A stretch of 64,000 bases of DNA from Ophelia neglecta (lineage: Eukaryota), in contig OZ260665.1 of the NCBI GenBank assembly GCA_965285935.1, positions 65,658,001 through 65,722,000 on the forward strand. Direction: 5' to 3'. Shown piece after piece: positions 41,301 through 53,500 of this stretch. Each line of letters starts with the position of its first letter. Position 1 is the first letter of the stretch. The notes under the pieces are model-generated. The model was not told the origin of the DNA, did not search any database, and saw only the letters and a program-made list of their open reading frames with translations. A program made the translations under genes and the position numbers.

Positions 41301-44018
41301 GGATTTCCTATAAGTGTTCAATGCATATTATGCGCCTATCTAACACTGTTAAGCTTCCAAAAGGTCCCATGTTAATGCATTTCTTAATTATTTCCGATCT
41401 CGCCCAAAACCTTTTCTGCACACCGCAATGTCCCATTGATGACTTCCATAAAGTTTCGGATAAATCCCTGCATCTGTTCGAGATATTTCGCGCGACATAC
41501 AAACCTTACATGATGAATCGTAGCGGCCATCTTGTTTTTCCGTTTGGTCCGAAACAATATGAAATCATCCTTTACTAGCCATAACAAATTTCCATGAAGC
41601 CACAAGTGAATTCCTCAAAGCCCTGAGGAGTTATAGCGGTTTAAAATTGGGTCGGACGGTCGAAAGGTCGGACGGTCGGTCGGACGGCGGACGGACAACC
41701 CGACTACATAATGCCTCCGGTTCCAAATAAAAGGTTGATAAGTTTCCCTGAAGCATCTGTCCATGCCTTTCCGGACAATGTCTTGGTTGCTTTGCGGACT
41801 AATTACCGATGATTAAGTATATCTTAAATTTAAGATTATGCAAATGGGGATACAGTAGCTTTAAAGATAGATAATAATTTCGCTAATCATATACTGTGGC
41901 GGTTACAATGCGTATGCGTGACAGTAACTTTACAATTTCATAGATATCTATTGTCTCAGGTATTTAACCTCTCGCGTTTATGTGTTTAGCATTGTCAGGC
42001 AAAGTTTGTTGGACTCTTATATGTCCATAGCATAGTTTGCGTTTTATGTTGTTGAAAGCGAGTCGAAGAGATTAAACTTTTCATTTCTCCAAAATAGTAA
42101 ATATTTACTAGCTTTCAAATTATTTGATGGCATTTATGCCTGCATATTTACTGCCTCGCATTTTTCGCACAAAAAATTGCAGGCAAAAGTTTCTTTTAAA
42201 GAATGACCCTACTGATGCAAATCAGTACCATTCATCGGACGCACATCCATTTTTAAGTAATTACATAAGCACACCAAATTGATGAGTTTATGTCTCTCTC
42301 ATGTGTCTCTCTATTAGTTTTAAAGTTAATGTTATCCTGTCCCAGATGCCGTATTTTCCTCTGGCGGTCCAGGATTGGTACCAATACGATGCCTCTTCTC
42401 GAGCTGTGTTAGACCCGTGGTCCACCGAGTTTCAGGGCACAGGTGAAACTCTCCTGGATTCCGACTTCAGGGAATACGCTCCGGATAGTGTCCAGGTAGA
42501 TTTAGATTGAACTGCATGAATACACGAAACGACTGACTAGGGCAAAACCATTAAAATTGGATGGCCGAGCCACTATCTCATTTTATTTGTAATGTTCCCC
42601 GGTAAAAAAATACACGTCGCTCCAGCATACATTCGTTTAAGGGATGAAATTGTATAGATATTGAAAACTTTGCCTCTCCTTGCATGATGAGAATGATTAA
42701 CGATATTTTTGATCGTTTTAGATATGAAATTGTAAAGATATTAAATACTTTGCCTCTCCTTGCCTGATGAGAACGATTAACAATATTTTAGATCGGGGCC
42801 ATCGCCAGTTATTCGGGACTGATCAACGGGCGAGGACGAGCTGATCCTTCAAGGCTGTTTCCATTGACGACCTTCACAGCTCAGGAAGGTCAAAGAGTTC
42901 TCTTCAGGGTCGTTAACGTCGGGGGAGAATATGCCTGGGAGATCTCGCTCGACCAACACGTTCTCACCGTTGTCGCCTCCGACGGCTATGATTTGCAACC
43001 AATAGAATCAGAATTCTTTTTCGTCGAGCCCGGAGAGACGATGGACTTCGAGGTCACTTTAGATCAGAGTATTGGAAGCTACTGGCTAAGAGCCAAGACG
43101 CTCCGGGCAGGAGTTGGACCGTATCCAATGGAGATCGATGGGAAACAGGTTGAAGTGAAAGCCATAGTTCACTACGAGGGAGCTGATACCACGCTGGAGC
43201 CATCCTCATCACCGGTAACATGTACACAGCAGTCGGTGCCATGTAGAGTATTCAATTGTAACTTCGAAGATTATGCATGGCGGTACAACAGGAGATGTAT
43301 CCATATTAGAGATGCGAAAAGTGCTTATACTGAAGACTTTTTGCAACATCATTTTGGCATAAACGATGAAATGGTTGAGGAATACTTTCTCAACTTCGCG
43401 TTTCCGGTTGGATCCTCCGTAAACGCGCGAAGGTTTCGAGAGCCAAGTGCTCCTCTCTACCAGAAAAACGCGCTTGAAAATTATATCACTAAATGTGATG
43501 ATCGATTTTGTGACGAAAATGGCTGCAAATGCACTCATATATTAGAAATTCCCGAGGACAAGACCATACAGTTGGTGATGTCCAACTTGGTGCCAGGTCA
43601 GAAAATATCTGCCCACCATCCAATTCACATCCATGGTACAGGATTCGCCGTCATGAAAACAGGTTATCCTGAAATGAACTATTCAACCGGACATTGGTCG
43701 AGACCAAACCAGGATGTCCTCTGTGAGAAGAGACTATGTGCCCAAGCTAGCTGGCGGGATGGCGCCCCAGAGCTCAATACTGACTACCCCGCAGTAAAGG
43801 ACACTGTTGTTGTTCCTGCTCGTGGGTACACCGTGGTTCGCTTCCGGTCCACAAATCCCGGCTTCTGGTTTGTTCACTGCCACGTTGAACAACATATAAT
43901 TGACGGAATGAACATGATCTTTGACGTTGCACCGAATGACCATCCTCCCCTCCCCGTTGATTTCCCAGTTTGTTATAATTTCACCGCCCAAGTTTCACAG
44001 CTCCAGCGGCAGATCTAA
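38036..44018 (+). CDS. Laccase-like multicopper oxidase (3 cupredoxin domains), spliced gene, ~662 aa; join(38036..38395,38525..38776,42346..42495,42792..44018)
   Basis: All four Cu-binding signatures lie in one reading frame after splicing: L1 TIHWHG, L2 GTHWYHSH, L3 HHPIHIHG, L4 WFVHCHVEQHIIDGM. Also present are INEQFPGPTIEV, LINGRG, KDTVVVPARGY and a C-terminal PPLPVDFPVC. Three canonical GT-AG phase-0 introns join the frames. The N-terminus is basic then hydrophobic, like a signal peptide (MDTSDKKRIRRAILWLGICCFIESCTSG). Confidence 0.95.
38525..38776 (+). CDS. Laccase coding exon 2 (HWH and WYHSH motifs; 84 aa)
   Basis: Acceptor ttattcttAG|GTTGTC at 38524/38525; reads VVVHVTNLLKSEGLTIHWHG...HWYHSH...HKRLPN; donor AAT|GTGAGT at 38777. 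Confidence 0.93.
38736..39135 (+). repeat. ~195-bp tandem duplication spanning the laccase exon 2/intron 2 junction
   Basis: GA.TCTTCGGTCTACTTTT at 38736 and 38931. Shared downstream blocks: ATGAAAACTC, ATTTGTATCA, TCTTGCCC, ATAGGTCCCTA, AGAAAATTGG. Confidence 0.88.
40095..40488. repeat. Recent 197-bp tandem duplication in laccase intron 2
   Basis: 40095-40291 and 40292-40488 are near-identical; I count 4 mismatches. Confidence 0.95.
40705..41730 (+). mobile_element. Non-autonomous Helitron/Helentron-like (HINE/pearl-type) element with internal tandem repeats, in laccase intron 2
   Basis: Three imperfect copies of AATCCCTGCATC...GATTTCGCGCGACATACAAAC...GGCCATCTTGTTTTTCCG (about 40711, 41148, 41463). 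These are followed by a (CGGA/GGTC)n microsatellite at about 41650-41697 and ACATAATGCCTCCGG. This is the core-repeat + microsatellite + terminal-motif layout of bivalve HINE/pearl elements. The 5' end is not defined. Confidence 0.65.
42346..42495 (+). CDS. Laccase coding exon 3 (start of cupredoxin domain 2; 50 aa)
   Basis: Acceptor cctgtcccAG|ATGCCG; reads MPYFPLAVQDWYQ...YAPDSVQ, with the DW typical of the start of MCO domain 2; donor CAG|GTAGAT at 42496; phase 0/0. Confidence 0.85.
42633..42795 (+). repeat. 80-bp tandem duplication spanning the intron 3 acceptor region
   Basis: ATGAAATTGTA.AGATATT.AA.ACTTTGCCTCTCCTTGC.TGATGAGAA.GATTAAC.ATATTTT.GATCG at 42644 and 42724. Confidence 0.92.
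42792..44018 (+). CDS. Laccase coding exon 4 (domains 2-3, L3/L4 motifs, stop; 408 aa)
   Basis: Acceptor atattttAG|ATCGGG; reads IGAIASYSGLINGRG in frame with ORF 42864..44018; TAA at 44016-44018. Confidence 0.93.
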   Translation: MGAIASYSGLINGRGRADPSRLFPLTTFTAQEGQRVLFRVVNVGGEYAWEISLDQHVLTVVASDGYDLQPIESEFFFVEPGETMDFEVTLDQSIGSYWLRAKTLRAGVGPYPMEIDGKQVEVKAIVHYEGADTTLEPSSSPVTCTQQSVPCRVFNCNFEDYAWRYNRRCIHIRDAKSAYTEDFLQHHFGINDEMVEEYFLNFAFPVGSSVNARRFREPSAPLYQKNALENYITKCDDRFCDENGCKCTHILEIPEDKTIQLVMSNLVPGQKISAHHPIHIHGTGFAVMKTGYPEMNYSTGHWSRPNQDVLCEKRLCAQASWRDGAPELNTDYPAVKDTVVVPARGYTVVRFRSTNPGFWFVHCHVEQHIIDGMNMIFDVAPNDHPPLPVDFPVCYNFTAQVSQLQRQI

Positions 44019-44133
44019 ATTTTAGTCTGAAGTTTTGAACTAAATGTACTTCCAAATCATCATTGTTATTGGCAACAACATCTGGCTACCACTTGCAGAA
44101 GACAGAGATTGGGCAGTCAGTTACAATCTATAC

Positions 44134-44201
44134 AATAAACTGAGTCTATCAATCGAGCCCTTTCGTAGGCCAAGATCAACTGTAAAACGTCGAAAAATAA
44201 A
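44134..44201 (+). promoter_or_regulatory. Candidate polyadenylation signals of the laccase gene
   Basis: AATAAA at 44134-44139 and 44196-44201, about 115-180 nt after the stop. The AT-rich background makes chance hits likely. Confidence 0.35.
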
Positions 44202-44219
44202 TGAAGATGATCACTAAAA

Positions 44220-44268
44220 TTACTATTATATTATTATTATCATTACTATCATTATTATAACTATTATT
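44220..44268. repeat. Degenerate (ATT/ATC)n microsatellite downstream of laccase
   Basis: attactattatattattattatcattactatcattattataactattatt. Confidence 0.75.
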
Positions 44269-47200
44269 CCATAGTGTTCAATTGTATTAACTTCCCAAGC
44301 GCAAACGATCGAGGTAACACACTGCGGATTAGTAATATAATATAGTAAATATAAAATACTGAAAAACAGTCACAAAATGAAAAACACAAAAATTGGTTGT
44401 TATGTTTATTTTGTGAATTAATTAATGCATAATTAAGAATCATATGCTACATTGAATAGATAGGTTTTCCTTTCCATTCACAGCCTTATACACTAACATC
44501 GCGACCTAAGAGTCACGCAGACCTAATGAAGGTCAAAGAGGAACGCTGCTGTGGTCCTCGCTCTTGGTCGGTGTCACTTATCTTGCAGCGCAGTCGAGCA
44601 CTTTGGTCATCGCCGGAGAACAGTCACATCAACGCCACTTAGCTGGAATGAGTCAAATTTGCTGCTCCCACAAAGGCCCAAATATCCGGAAAGTATTATC
44701 TAAATACATGAAATTCATAATAAGTTTGAATATAATACAAAGTGTTCGTCTCTGTTTAGTGAATTGATAGGAGAGAGTTTGGTTAAAGAATTGTTGCTGT
44801 TTCGCAATGCTGACTGAGGATCATGTTTAGTCCGGAAAATAACTCCAAACTTGCCAGTAAAATATATGACACCGACAAGCATCTAAATGGTCCAGGCCTG
44901 ACCACTGTAGTCTTGTTTTTGTTGAGTATCACGAAAATGACCATTATGGTGACATATATGAGGTTTGGTAATGACCATGACAATATGTAATGTTCCTACT
45001 TATTTTGCTCCAGTAATAACAAAAAGCCATAGCTTGCCTACAAATTATATTATTGCAAAGGCAGGGCGTCTGAATAGAGTGCGTTATTGAGCGAAAAACG
45101 TGTTCATTACAAATAGATTTGTAAAACACAACAACAAAATGTGGTCGCATACGTAAAAGACAATTTTTTTACCGAATTTTCGTTATTAAAACAATGATTG
45201 GACGGCTCGTTGTAGCCTTCTTTTAACATTGGAAATTGAAATTTGCTCATCCATTCGCGTATAACTATCATCGGAGTTTTCCTTTTTATCAGTAACAGTA
45301 ATGAGGAGCTGTGACGATGGCAACATTAAACGACATGGGATTCAATATGCTTACCAAATAATCACTTGACAATGACTCTAAATGTTTTCCGATAATAGAT
45401 GGATTTGCCACATTTCTAGACTAAACTTATGATGTGGGACGATATTATAATGATTGCAAAATAGTTGCAAACACTATTAGTTTCATCAAATTAAATACCA
45501 CATCAACTTCACTATTCACATCAAATGCGATTAAAGGTTTTCATTACTGGAGCCGAAATAGGGCCATTTTTATGACCTGTAAAACTGTTTTGATCTTATG
45601 TATCAATGTGGTTAAAATAACGGTATGGTTGTATTGAGAACTTTGATCTATAAAGCTGTTGGATGTGACGCGCTAGACCAAAAAGACCAAAAGTAATGGT
45701 GAATAGGAATTCCTTGTTAGATTGAATGCTTTTAATCATTCCTATAATGGACACAATGGTTTCCAACTTGTGGGGTGTCGGCTAGGCCATTGTGCACGGT
45801 GCTTCATAGGCTTTTGTTAACTCGTGTTACCGTTATGCAAAATGGACATCGTACAAATAATCCTCAGAAATGCCATCTGTGTTCGTGTGCTTATGGCAAG
45901 CAATGGAACTGGTAATTTTAGGGAAAGCTTAGGGTAATCCCGAAAATTAAGCATTTATGCGAAAGTGTTACCCGCGTTACAAATAATCGACGAGGCACTA
46001 TAACTGGTGGTCGTACGTAGAAATTGAGTCGTTTGTCGCACCCAAACGAGCTAAAGAGTATGCCATAAGTCGGGTACCAAATGTGTTGACCCGAAAATTT
46101 ATGGGCTTACGTCTGGCTGCATTTCGCTGTTGATGGAGCGCTGTGCACAATCCTGTGTTTTTTGTTTGAACCTAATTCATTTGAAGATTTATCGGTTCTC
46201 GTTTTAGGTAGGAGAAAATAATGAATATAAATCCTTCAGAGCAATCACAAATTCCTCCACTAGCATCATAGGGACAACCAGTGATGTCAATGGTGCGTCT
46301 GACACCAACTGCTCATCACTTGGCCTTGCCTATAACGACTTGTCTAATGGAACATGATAGCCTAGTGATTGGTCCTGAGGGTATTTATTCAAGATAGACC
46401 ATCAATGCGGATCGTGAAAAGCATAATTGTCCCTATAAGAATATATGTTGATCTGCTTACTCTTTTATCAACCAGCTTACTTGAGTGCTGTTAGGGAACC
46501 TTGAAATCAGGTGGATTATGACATTGTAGTAGGCCTAGAATTAGTAAAACCTTCCGCTGGTGTTTTTTTGCTACACTATACACCTGCGACTGAAACGCAT
46601 TGAAACGTGTTCATGAAAAGTACCTGCTTTAGACATTATCACAGCCACCCAAAATGGACATCGAGCTAGGAAAATAAGAAAATGCTATTAATATTCTTAG
46701 TTCCTAATATGACTTTGGACAGGCCCACTTTCAATGAGAAAGAACTGGTTGTCTCCATTCTGATCAAACGTAATTCCATAAACGTTTTCGGGAAATTAAC
46801 CGATGAAGATTTTGTTAAAGCTTGATTTGGGTGCGGGACAGTCATGACCCGTGTAGAAAGCTCCTCTAAATTTCTAACGTTCTGTTATCGAGGTGAAGTC
46901 AAATCAGTATAGTGTGGACCGGGCACCTATTATTGTCCCGAGGTCACGGCGGACATGCTAGGAAAACCCGCTCTTAGTTAGGGCACGTGATCTTTTTTTT
47001 TCCTATTTTGGGTGTATATCGTACAAACGAGAATATATACTGTTCAGAATAAAATCAGTTGAATTATTATGGTTCTATTGTGTATTGGGAATATACATGT
47101 AATGCATTCCTATTGCACGCATGGTGAATGCACAGTCTCTAGGACAAAAATACCGTCAATTAATCTACATTTCTTCCCCCCCCCCCCCTGAATGGACTCT

Positions 47201-50200
47201 TATTGTGCTGCAGAGGATGGATTGTATTCCCAAAATACACAAAATACCATGCCGTAAGAGTTATTGAGATAACTGATAATTAATACACTCGTGTTCACGC
47301 TACAGTAACTGTAGCAGACGACATACAGGCAATACAGGGACACGGAAATATGTAGCTGCCCATCACCCCATTTCAGAATGGACTAGATAATCTGGCCTTC
47401 ACAACCAAGCCAAACAGAATTGAGAACAGGACTGTCAAACCCAGTGCTACAGGTATACACTCAATTTAAACAAAGCTACGTTATTTTAAAACAGATTATC
47501 AAAGAAAAAAGATATATAAAAACTTCTTCGTGTTGGGGTCCGCTTGGAGGTGGCGGGTCTCTTCCCGTCGATGAGTTATGGGCACTTGTGCTCCACGGGG
47601 GATGTGTTTCTTTTCCTTTTACGGAATGTTATTGCCCCCCCCCCCCCCACACACACACACATTATATGATGAATTGAGTCTGACAGTATGTTCATTGTGT
47701 GCATTCAGTTATTTGCTTAGACTGTGATAAAGTATTTCTTTATACTTAAGGTTAGTAAGGATAGTTCAGTGTTGGTACACATGAAGCTGATGGGTACTTC
47801 AGTACATTCACATTTCATATCGTACCTTTCGTATCTTATATAAGGGTTAGGCACCATATATATCTTGATTGAAGAAGACAGACGATTCACTCTATCTATT
47901 TTGTACATTTTTCCTCTCCTGCATGTAAAATTGTATTGTAACAGTTAAAATTATTAAAAGAACCTCCTATGCAAGCTATCCAGTCTAAAGAAGTTTAGCA
48001 AATAAATAAAATTCTGCTACCACCTTGTATTATACAAGGTTGAAGACTGTTGACAAATAACGTTATTTACTGCAAGTGATATCTCTGTTTGCCTTCATAT
48101 TTGGTACCGAAATATTCACTGACTCCAGGATATTGGATGGCATTGATCATAGGTCCACCTAACGCTAGCTTAGGAAATAGTGAATGACCGAATCGAAGGA
48201 TTGGTCATTACTGGATGGGAGGAAGCCTGGTGATATTGCTTAGTTTTTAGCTCTAGGCTACGTATATTGTTGCATTCTTTAAATTTAGTTTCTTTTGTAA
48301 TGGATTAAATCATGGGTACAGGCTTAGCAGACTTGAATTTTGTTCACAATATATCTTAATTTGGACCACATTAAAGGTTCGATCGTCCATATAATCACAA
48401 TTAAAGCACAGATGTGGCCCTAAACATCGTCACCAAATGAGTGTCTCTCATCATCAAGCGAACATCATTCAACATTAAGGACCTACAGTAGGTATTTGCC
48501 GGGAACATTCCAGGTGTCCGCCCTGGCTCGGGGCCTGGCAAACCCATTCCTTTCCCTCTGTCACAGACAGGACCTTCACCCATTTAATGAAATTCTCTGA
48601 CACGCAGCAGGTCTACAAGCCCTTCGACACTGATGAAAAAGAAACAAGTATGCAACAACATTGTTTGGCGTAGGAAGCAGTTGCCAACCGCGAAGGTTGC
48701 GATATCTTCGGGCAAAATCGTGCAAGAGGTTTTCGACCATCATCAAAATATTGCGGTTCCTCCCCCTAAATTCTCCGTCTGGTTTTGATTGAATTTGATT
48801 TGATATCTTTATTTTCCTTCATTTATGAAGAGTATGAAATAACATATATACATTCTTCAAAAATTATAACGACTGAGACATATCAAATATGAGTGGCTAT
48901 GTACATCAAATGCTACTTTCATGTAGGCCTATCTTTTTCCGGAATAGAATGTAAATATTACTTTTATCCAGAAATTAACTTTCTACACTTTTCTAAATGC
49001 CCCTTGGTATTGGCATGCATTGGTGCATTTTCTGTACGTCAGAATAATTTGTTTCTAATTTGTGGCAATAGTAACTAAACAAATTCATTTTTACAGAAAT
49101 ACATCTTTTTTTAATTCTTTATGATTTGTGGATTGTGAATATGCCTAGTGTGATTCCACAACTTGAGCATGCGAGACTTCAACCACTCCATACTAGTCCT
49201 GTTTTCTATAGGATTCGGACTCATCCACTGTTGCCATAATGTCTATTCCTCTGAGACTGACTGCCGCCTAGAAGACTGCTCTAGTTTGGCATTGTCTCTG
49301 GTTTCTATGACAAACTATAAGTTTTATACACACCAGATTTCGAGAGAAAAAAACTGGTCAAAGGCGCCTTATAACAAAAAGAAAAACTTAAGCCAATACA
49401 GTTGATAAAATCCCGTGGCAATGTTTGCTTGCTCAACTAAGCACCGTGGAAAAACAATGCAAAATTTGTCAATCCGACGTGGGTTTCACATGTTTCTGAC
49501 AAGTTTTACTGGGATGATAGTTTCTATGCATGCCAAAACTACGGTCTAGGTTATTATACATCGAAAGTTTTTTTTTAAAGGGAGTGTTCCCGCAGCGGGC
49601 TATACTTAGTATGGTGTGGAAAGCGGTCCAGGTCCACAGACTTCTTCACGTAATGTGTTGAAAAGCTGATACTGGACAACTCCTATTCAGACTTAGGTGT
49701 ATAAATGCCAATACCTTTTTACTTTATTTCTCTTTAGTTTATTAAACCAACCATTTGCATCCATAAACAGTTGGTATAGGATAATATAACTTGATATGTG
49801 AATGTAAAACATGAAACTATTACAATTTACCGTGTGTGGCGAGCTAGTAATGTTCAGTTTGTATATTTGGTCTTACCTCTGATAAGTTGAGGTTAATCAA
49901 GATTTCTACAACAAAACTTCAGTGCGGCATCATGAACTGTTTTGGCCTTCAACAGGAGATATTATTGCCTTCAAGCAATATCGTCTGTTTCAAGCCAATA
50001 TAGTGCATGTTGCCTCCAGGAAAAATAGCATTCGAGGACCAGATGGCCTTAGAGATTAAATGTGCTTGTAAACAATAATGTATAGCCATTGACTACACAT
50101 GCTGTATATAATTTTGCATGATAGGCTATCATAGCCGAACGATGCCCTGATTGGCATTGGAATTAAACATAACTTTAAATGACAAAAAGATGGCTCAAAA

Positions 50201-50462
50201 GTTATACAAGATTGAAATTACCACTAAGCCCAAGTCGGAATATACCGTTTTATACCCGGCCTGTCATCCTATAGCATATAAATTATGTAATAGTTTTTGT
50301 TTTAAAACTCACAAAAAATTCAGCCTTATGGCCTCCACACAATGTTCTACCATTACTTTTTAGATGCGTTTCTAGATTTCAGTGATGTCATGCTTCTCAT
50401 ATCTGTGACTGAATAGAAATTCCTCCGGTATCATTTCCTAATATATATGTTAATTGTGTATG

Positions 50463-50527
50463 AACAACAGGTGTTTGTTAAATAATAAGTGTTAAATAAC
50501 AACAGGTGTTTGTTAAATAATAAGTGT
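50463..50527. repeat. 35-bp-period tandem duplication
   Basis: AACAACAGGTGTTTGTTAAATAATAAGTGT at 50463 and 50498. Confidence 0.9.
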
Positions 50528-53500
50528 AAAAAAAGCATGCATGAGAAAATCATTATTATCCCTTTTAAGTAAAACAGGGTATTTTTTTATTACAATTGGC
50601 CTAAAGTTACTATGAATGCCATCGTATTTACTATATTGCAATATGCCAACTTGTTGGAGAAGAGGCTTTTGGTAATTAAAACGCCATACTCAGCACGTGA
50701 TCTAGAGAATTAGATCTCAGTGTGTAGTGCTATTCTTGAGGCATATTCAATCACAATTTTCACAAATCCAGATCGGTCAATGGATGAGGTATGGGTAAAA
50801 ATAATATGATTATGCTGATGATAATAAGAGGGTGCCGTTCAGGCCTGGGTATTGTATAGTAGGGAATAGATAATATGGATATTGATGTAGTGATAATAGG
50901 TGCATTTCAGGAGATAAACATTTATTTGTTATACAGCATGATGGTGAATAGACGACAGTGAGACACAATACCAATAAGATACAAAATATACAAACACACC
51001 AATTATAAGTAGTTTTGGTGGCTTGATTGTATAGACGAAAATAGAGCAACAAGAAGCATTTGTTACCTTACTGGTTAACTGCTTTATTTGCCTCATTTAC
51101 AAGAAGCCCCTTTTATGTCACTTCAAATGTTTTATTAACCAATGGTACGATTTTTTTATGATGTTCATCATTCATTTCAGGTTTTGGAAAACATGTTCTT
51201 TTGATAGTAATTGCCACATTGCTTCGTAATAGATGGATTTCACTTCCACAAGACCATCAACTACTTTTCTTTTGCCTCCACTAACAAGATATATCCGAGG
51301 ATTAGAGGGCAAGTCTCCATGATGTATTTTTAAGACCATGCAGAGGTGGAGTGCTGAAAGCTATCTTGGTTTTTATTTTATTGTTCTTTAATGAGTCTTA
51401 TGGGAGAAATGGAGGCTATCAACCTATAAACCATGATTAACCCCAATCCCAATATAACACTTAAACAGAAACCTCCAAATTAGTATGTCAACACAGCAAG
51501 TAGTTTCAATGTAATGAATGATGCCAATCATCAATAACATAAAACAACACTTGAAATACGAAAAATAGTTAATTCTAGCTATACTTCAATTATTTTTTAT
51601 TCATTTAAGTTATAAGTCTTAGACTTTTTATTTGGAGAAAACAAAATGACCGTTACGAGTAACCCACGAGGTTTAAGGCTGATAGTTTAGAAGTTAGGTC
51701 TAAGCCAAAATTGCCGCAACATTTACCTTTGTTTCTTGTAGTACATCCCGCATGAACACTGCGTTCTTGACCAAATTTAAATGCCAAATTTAAATGCCAA
51801 ATAAATACCCCAGCCTATTGCCTTTGCCCGCTTTATGGCTTGGGAAAAACAATGAAATCATTTTTTATCTCGGCTATTGAAAATATTTTCGGTTATATTA
51901 TCGCACCTTTATTGCAGTACATTAATCTCAATTTCACGGACGGTTCCTCCTGGAACCATGTTACTCTTTTTCCTGGTTTGTTATGGGATATTGATCCTTG
52001 GTATATCTGTACATGACAGAGTGGCGGGGGATGCCGTGAGAAGACTGTTTGCCGACGCCGGGGGGCATTTCTGTATAATTGCAGTACTTTGTCACTCCTC
52101 ACAGAGGCATCACAGTATCATGTAACCATTCAATTGTAAAGATTGCTACTAATACCAAAATCACTTAACAGTTTTGAAAAATACAAAGTTTTTTCCTTCC
52201 TTCGCATTTCAACAAAACTTGAAAAGCGGCTTAGCACCACTACCCAGCTAATTCACAAACCTTTTTTAAGGCCTGTATGCTTTAAATAATATTTTCCTAA
52301 ACATTTTTACAGCGAAAACCTTTGACGACACTATCATGTGTTTTTCTAATTTTCTATCAGATGGAATTTTCAAAAGAATAATTAGAAATGATGTTTAACA
52401 CAAACGTCTTTATTTCTTTAGTCTGCAAGTGACATAACGGATTCACTGTTATGCCCTTTGGACGTGGACTAACAAGCGGTGGAGAGAGATTGCTGAACTA
52501 GGCGAGACATTTAGCCCTAACCGAGGCATGAGTTGTTGATATGAGGGAGGATAGTTTGAGTCTCTTAACCACTCAGGCCGTTTCAGAACAAGGACACACG
52601 AAATCCAAATCGAACATAACAGTGGGTAGTATTTTCTTTAAGGTTCGGGGTGGTTGCTAAATTGGCATTTATCATCTCCTTCTGACATGTAAACGGATTG
52701 ATGCCATGTTTGAAATACTGTTCTCAGACGACAATCGACAGCTAGCTGTTGCAGTTATGTCTTATGGTGTATTTTAGCTTCCTAACTTCACACTTCTTGA
52801 CCCATCTGAACAAAATGAATACTTTAAGGGGTCCACTGCATGCGATGTGACGATCGAATAAATATTAGGCCGTCGGTCATAAAACACTTGGCAGTTGTAG
52901 CCAGCCTATCCAGGAGTGTCTGAGAGTTTCTGCAGCCTACTCTCAGGATGTTTAGAATATGTGTTGTCTAAGGGACCATGGTGGTTAATATTGGCGTCTG
53001 TGTGATGCAATATGTTTCCTTACTGGGGTATTTGGCGTCCTATTTGAACAACATCAATTATGCTTCGTCACCTTTTAAATAGGATTTCCTTTTGCCATTT
53101 AGGGCATTTTTAGAAAAAATAAGTCTCAGAAGGCAACTTTCATTCATCATGCACACTAAGTTAATTTTCTCTGGGGATATTTTCAGCTCCAAATTTGGAA
53201 AATGTTTACGATCAGGAAAAGCCTCAAGAGGCACTAGCTTTAACTGCAAATGTCAACTAAAAATTAGAGTATTAGTTGACTTGGTTCAATATCCTGCTCA
53301 AATAACCATCCCCATTGATTAGAATACACTGGCAAATGATTCTTAAACTCGTTCGAAATTCATAAAGCTCTAAACCACCTTTTGATTTCAATATAATTAT
53401 TTGACTGATTTGACGATATATTTTTTTTTAATTCAGTTTGTTTTTTCATCCGAAAAAAAATTTCTCGTTTTCTTGTCACAAACAAAAATAAATTTCACAT

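Noticed and set aside
40381-41605. Cluster of 70-110 aa ORFs on both strands
   Set aside because: They lie within the 197-bp duplication, a poly-C run and the HINE-like repeats, and show no protein motifs.
43054-43991. Minus-strand ORFs 43054..43242, 43209..43538, 43734..43991
   Set aside because: These are antisense shadows of laccase exon 4.
46207-46380. Exon-like segment faintly resembling a phospholipid scramblase N-terminus (NCSSLGLAY)
   Set aside because: It needs several frameshifts and contains stops, and no further scramblase exons were found.
14424-47660. Poly-C runs (about 14424, 24191, 40564, 47175, 47634) as functional G-quadruplex elements
   Set aside because: Simple homopolymers are common in such genomes, and nothing in their positions suggests function.
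48401-48583. Collagen-like Gly/Pro-rich ORF
   Set aside because: The Gly-X-Y register is not maintained and the ORF is too short.
52480-52580. tRNA A-box-like GGCCTGAGTGGTTAAG on the minus strand
   Set aside because: No B-box or cloverleaf follows. At most it is a decayed SINE head, not a tRNA gene.
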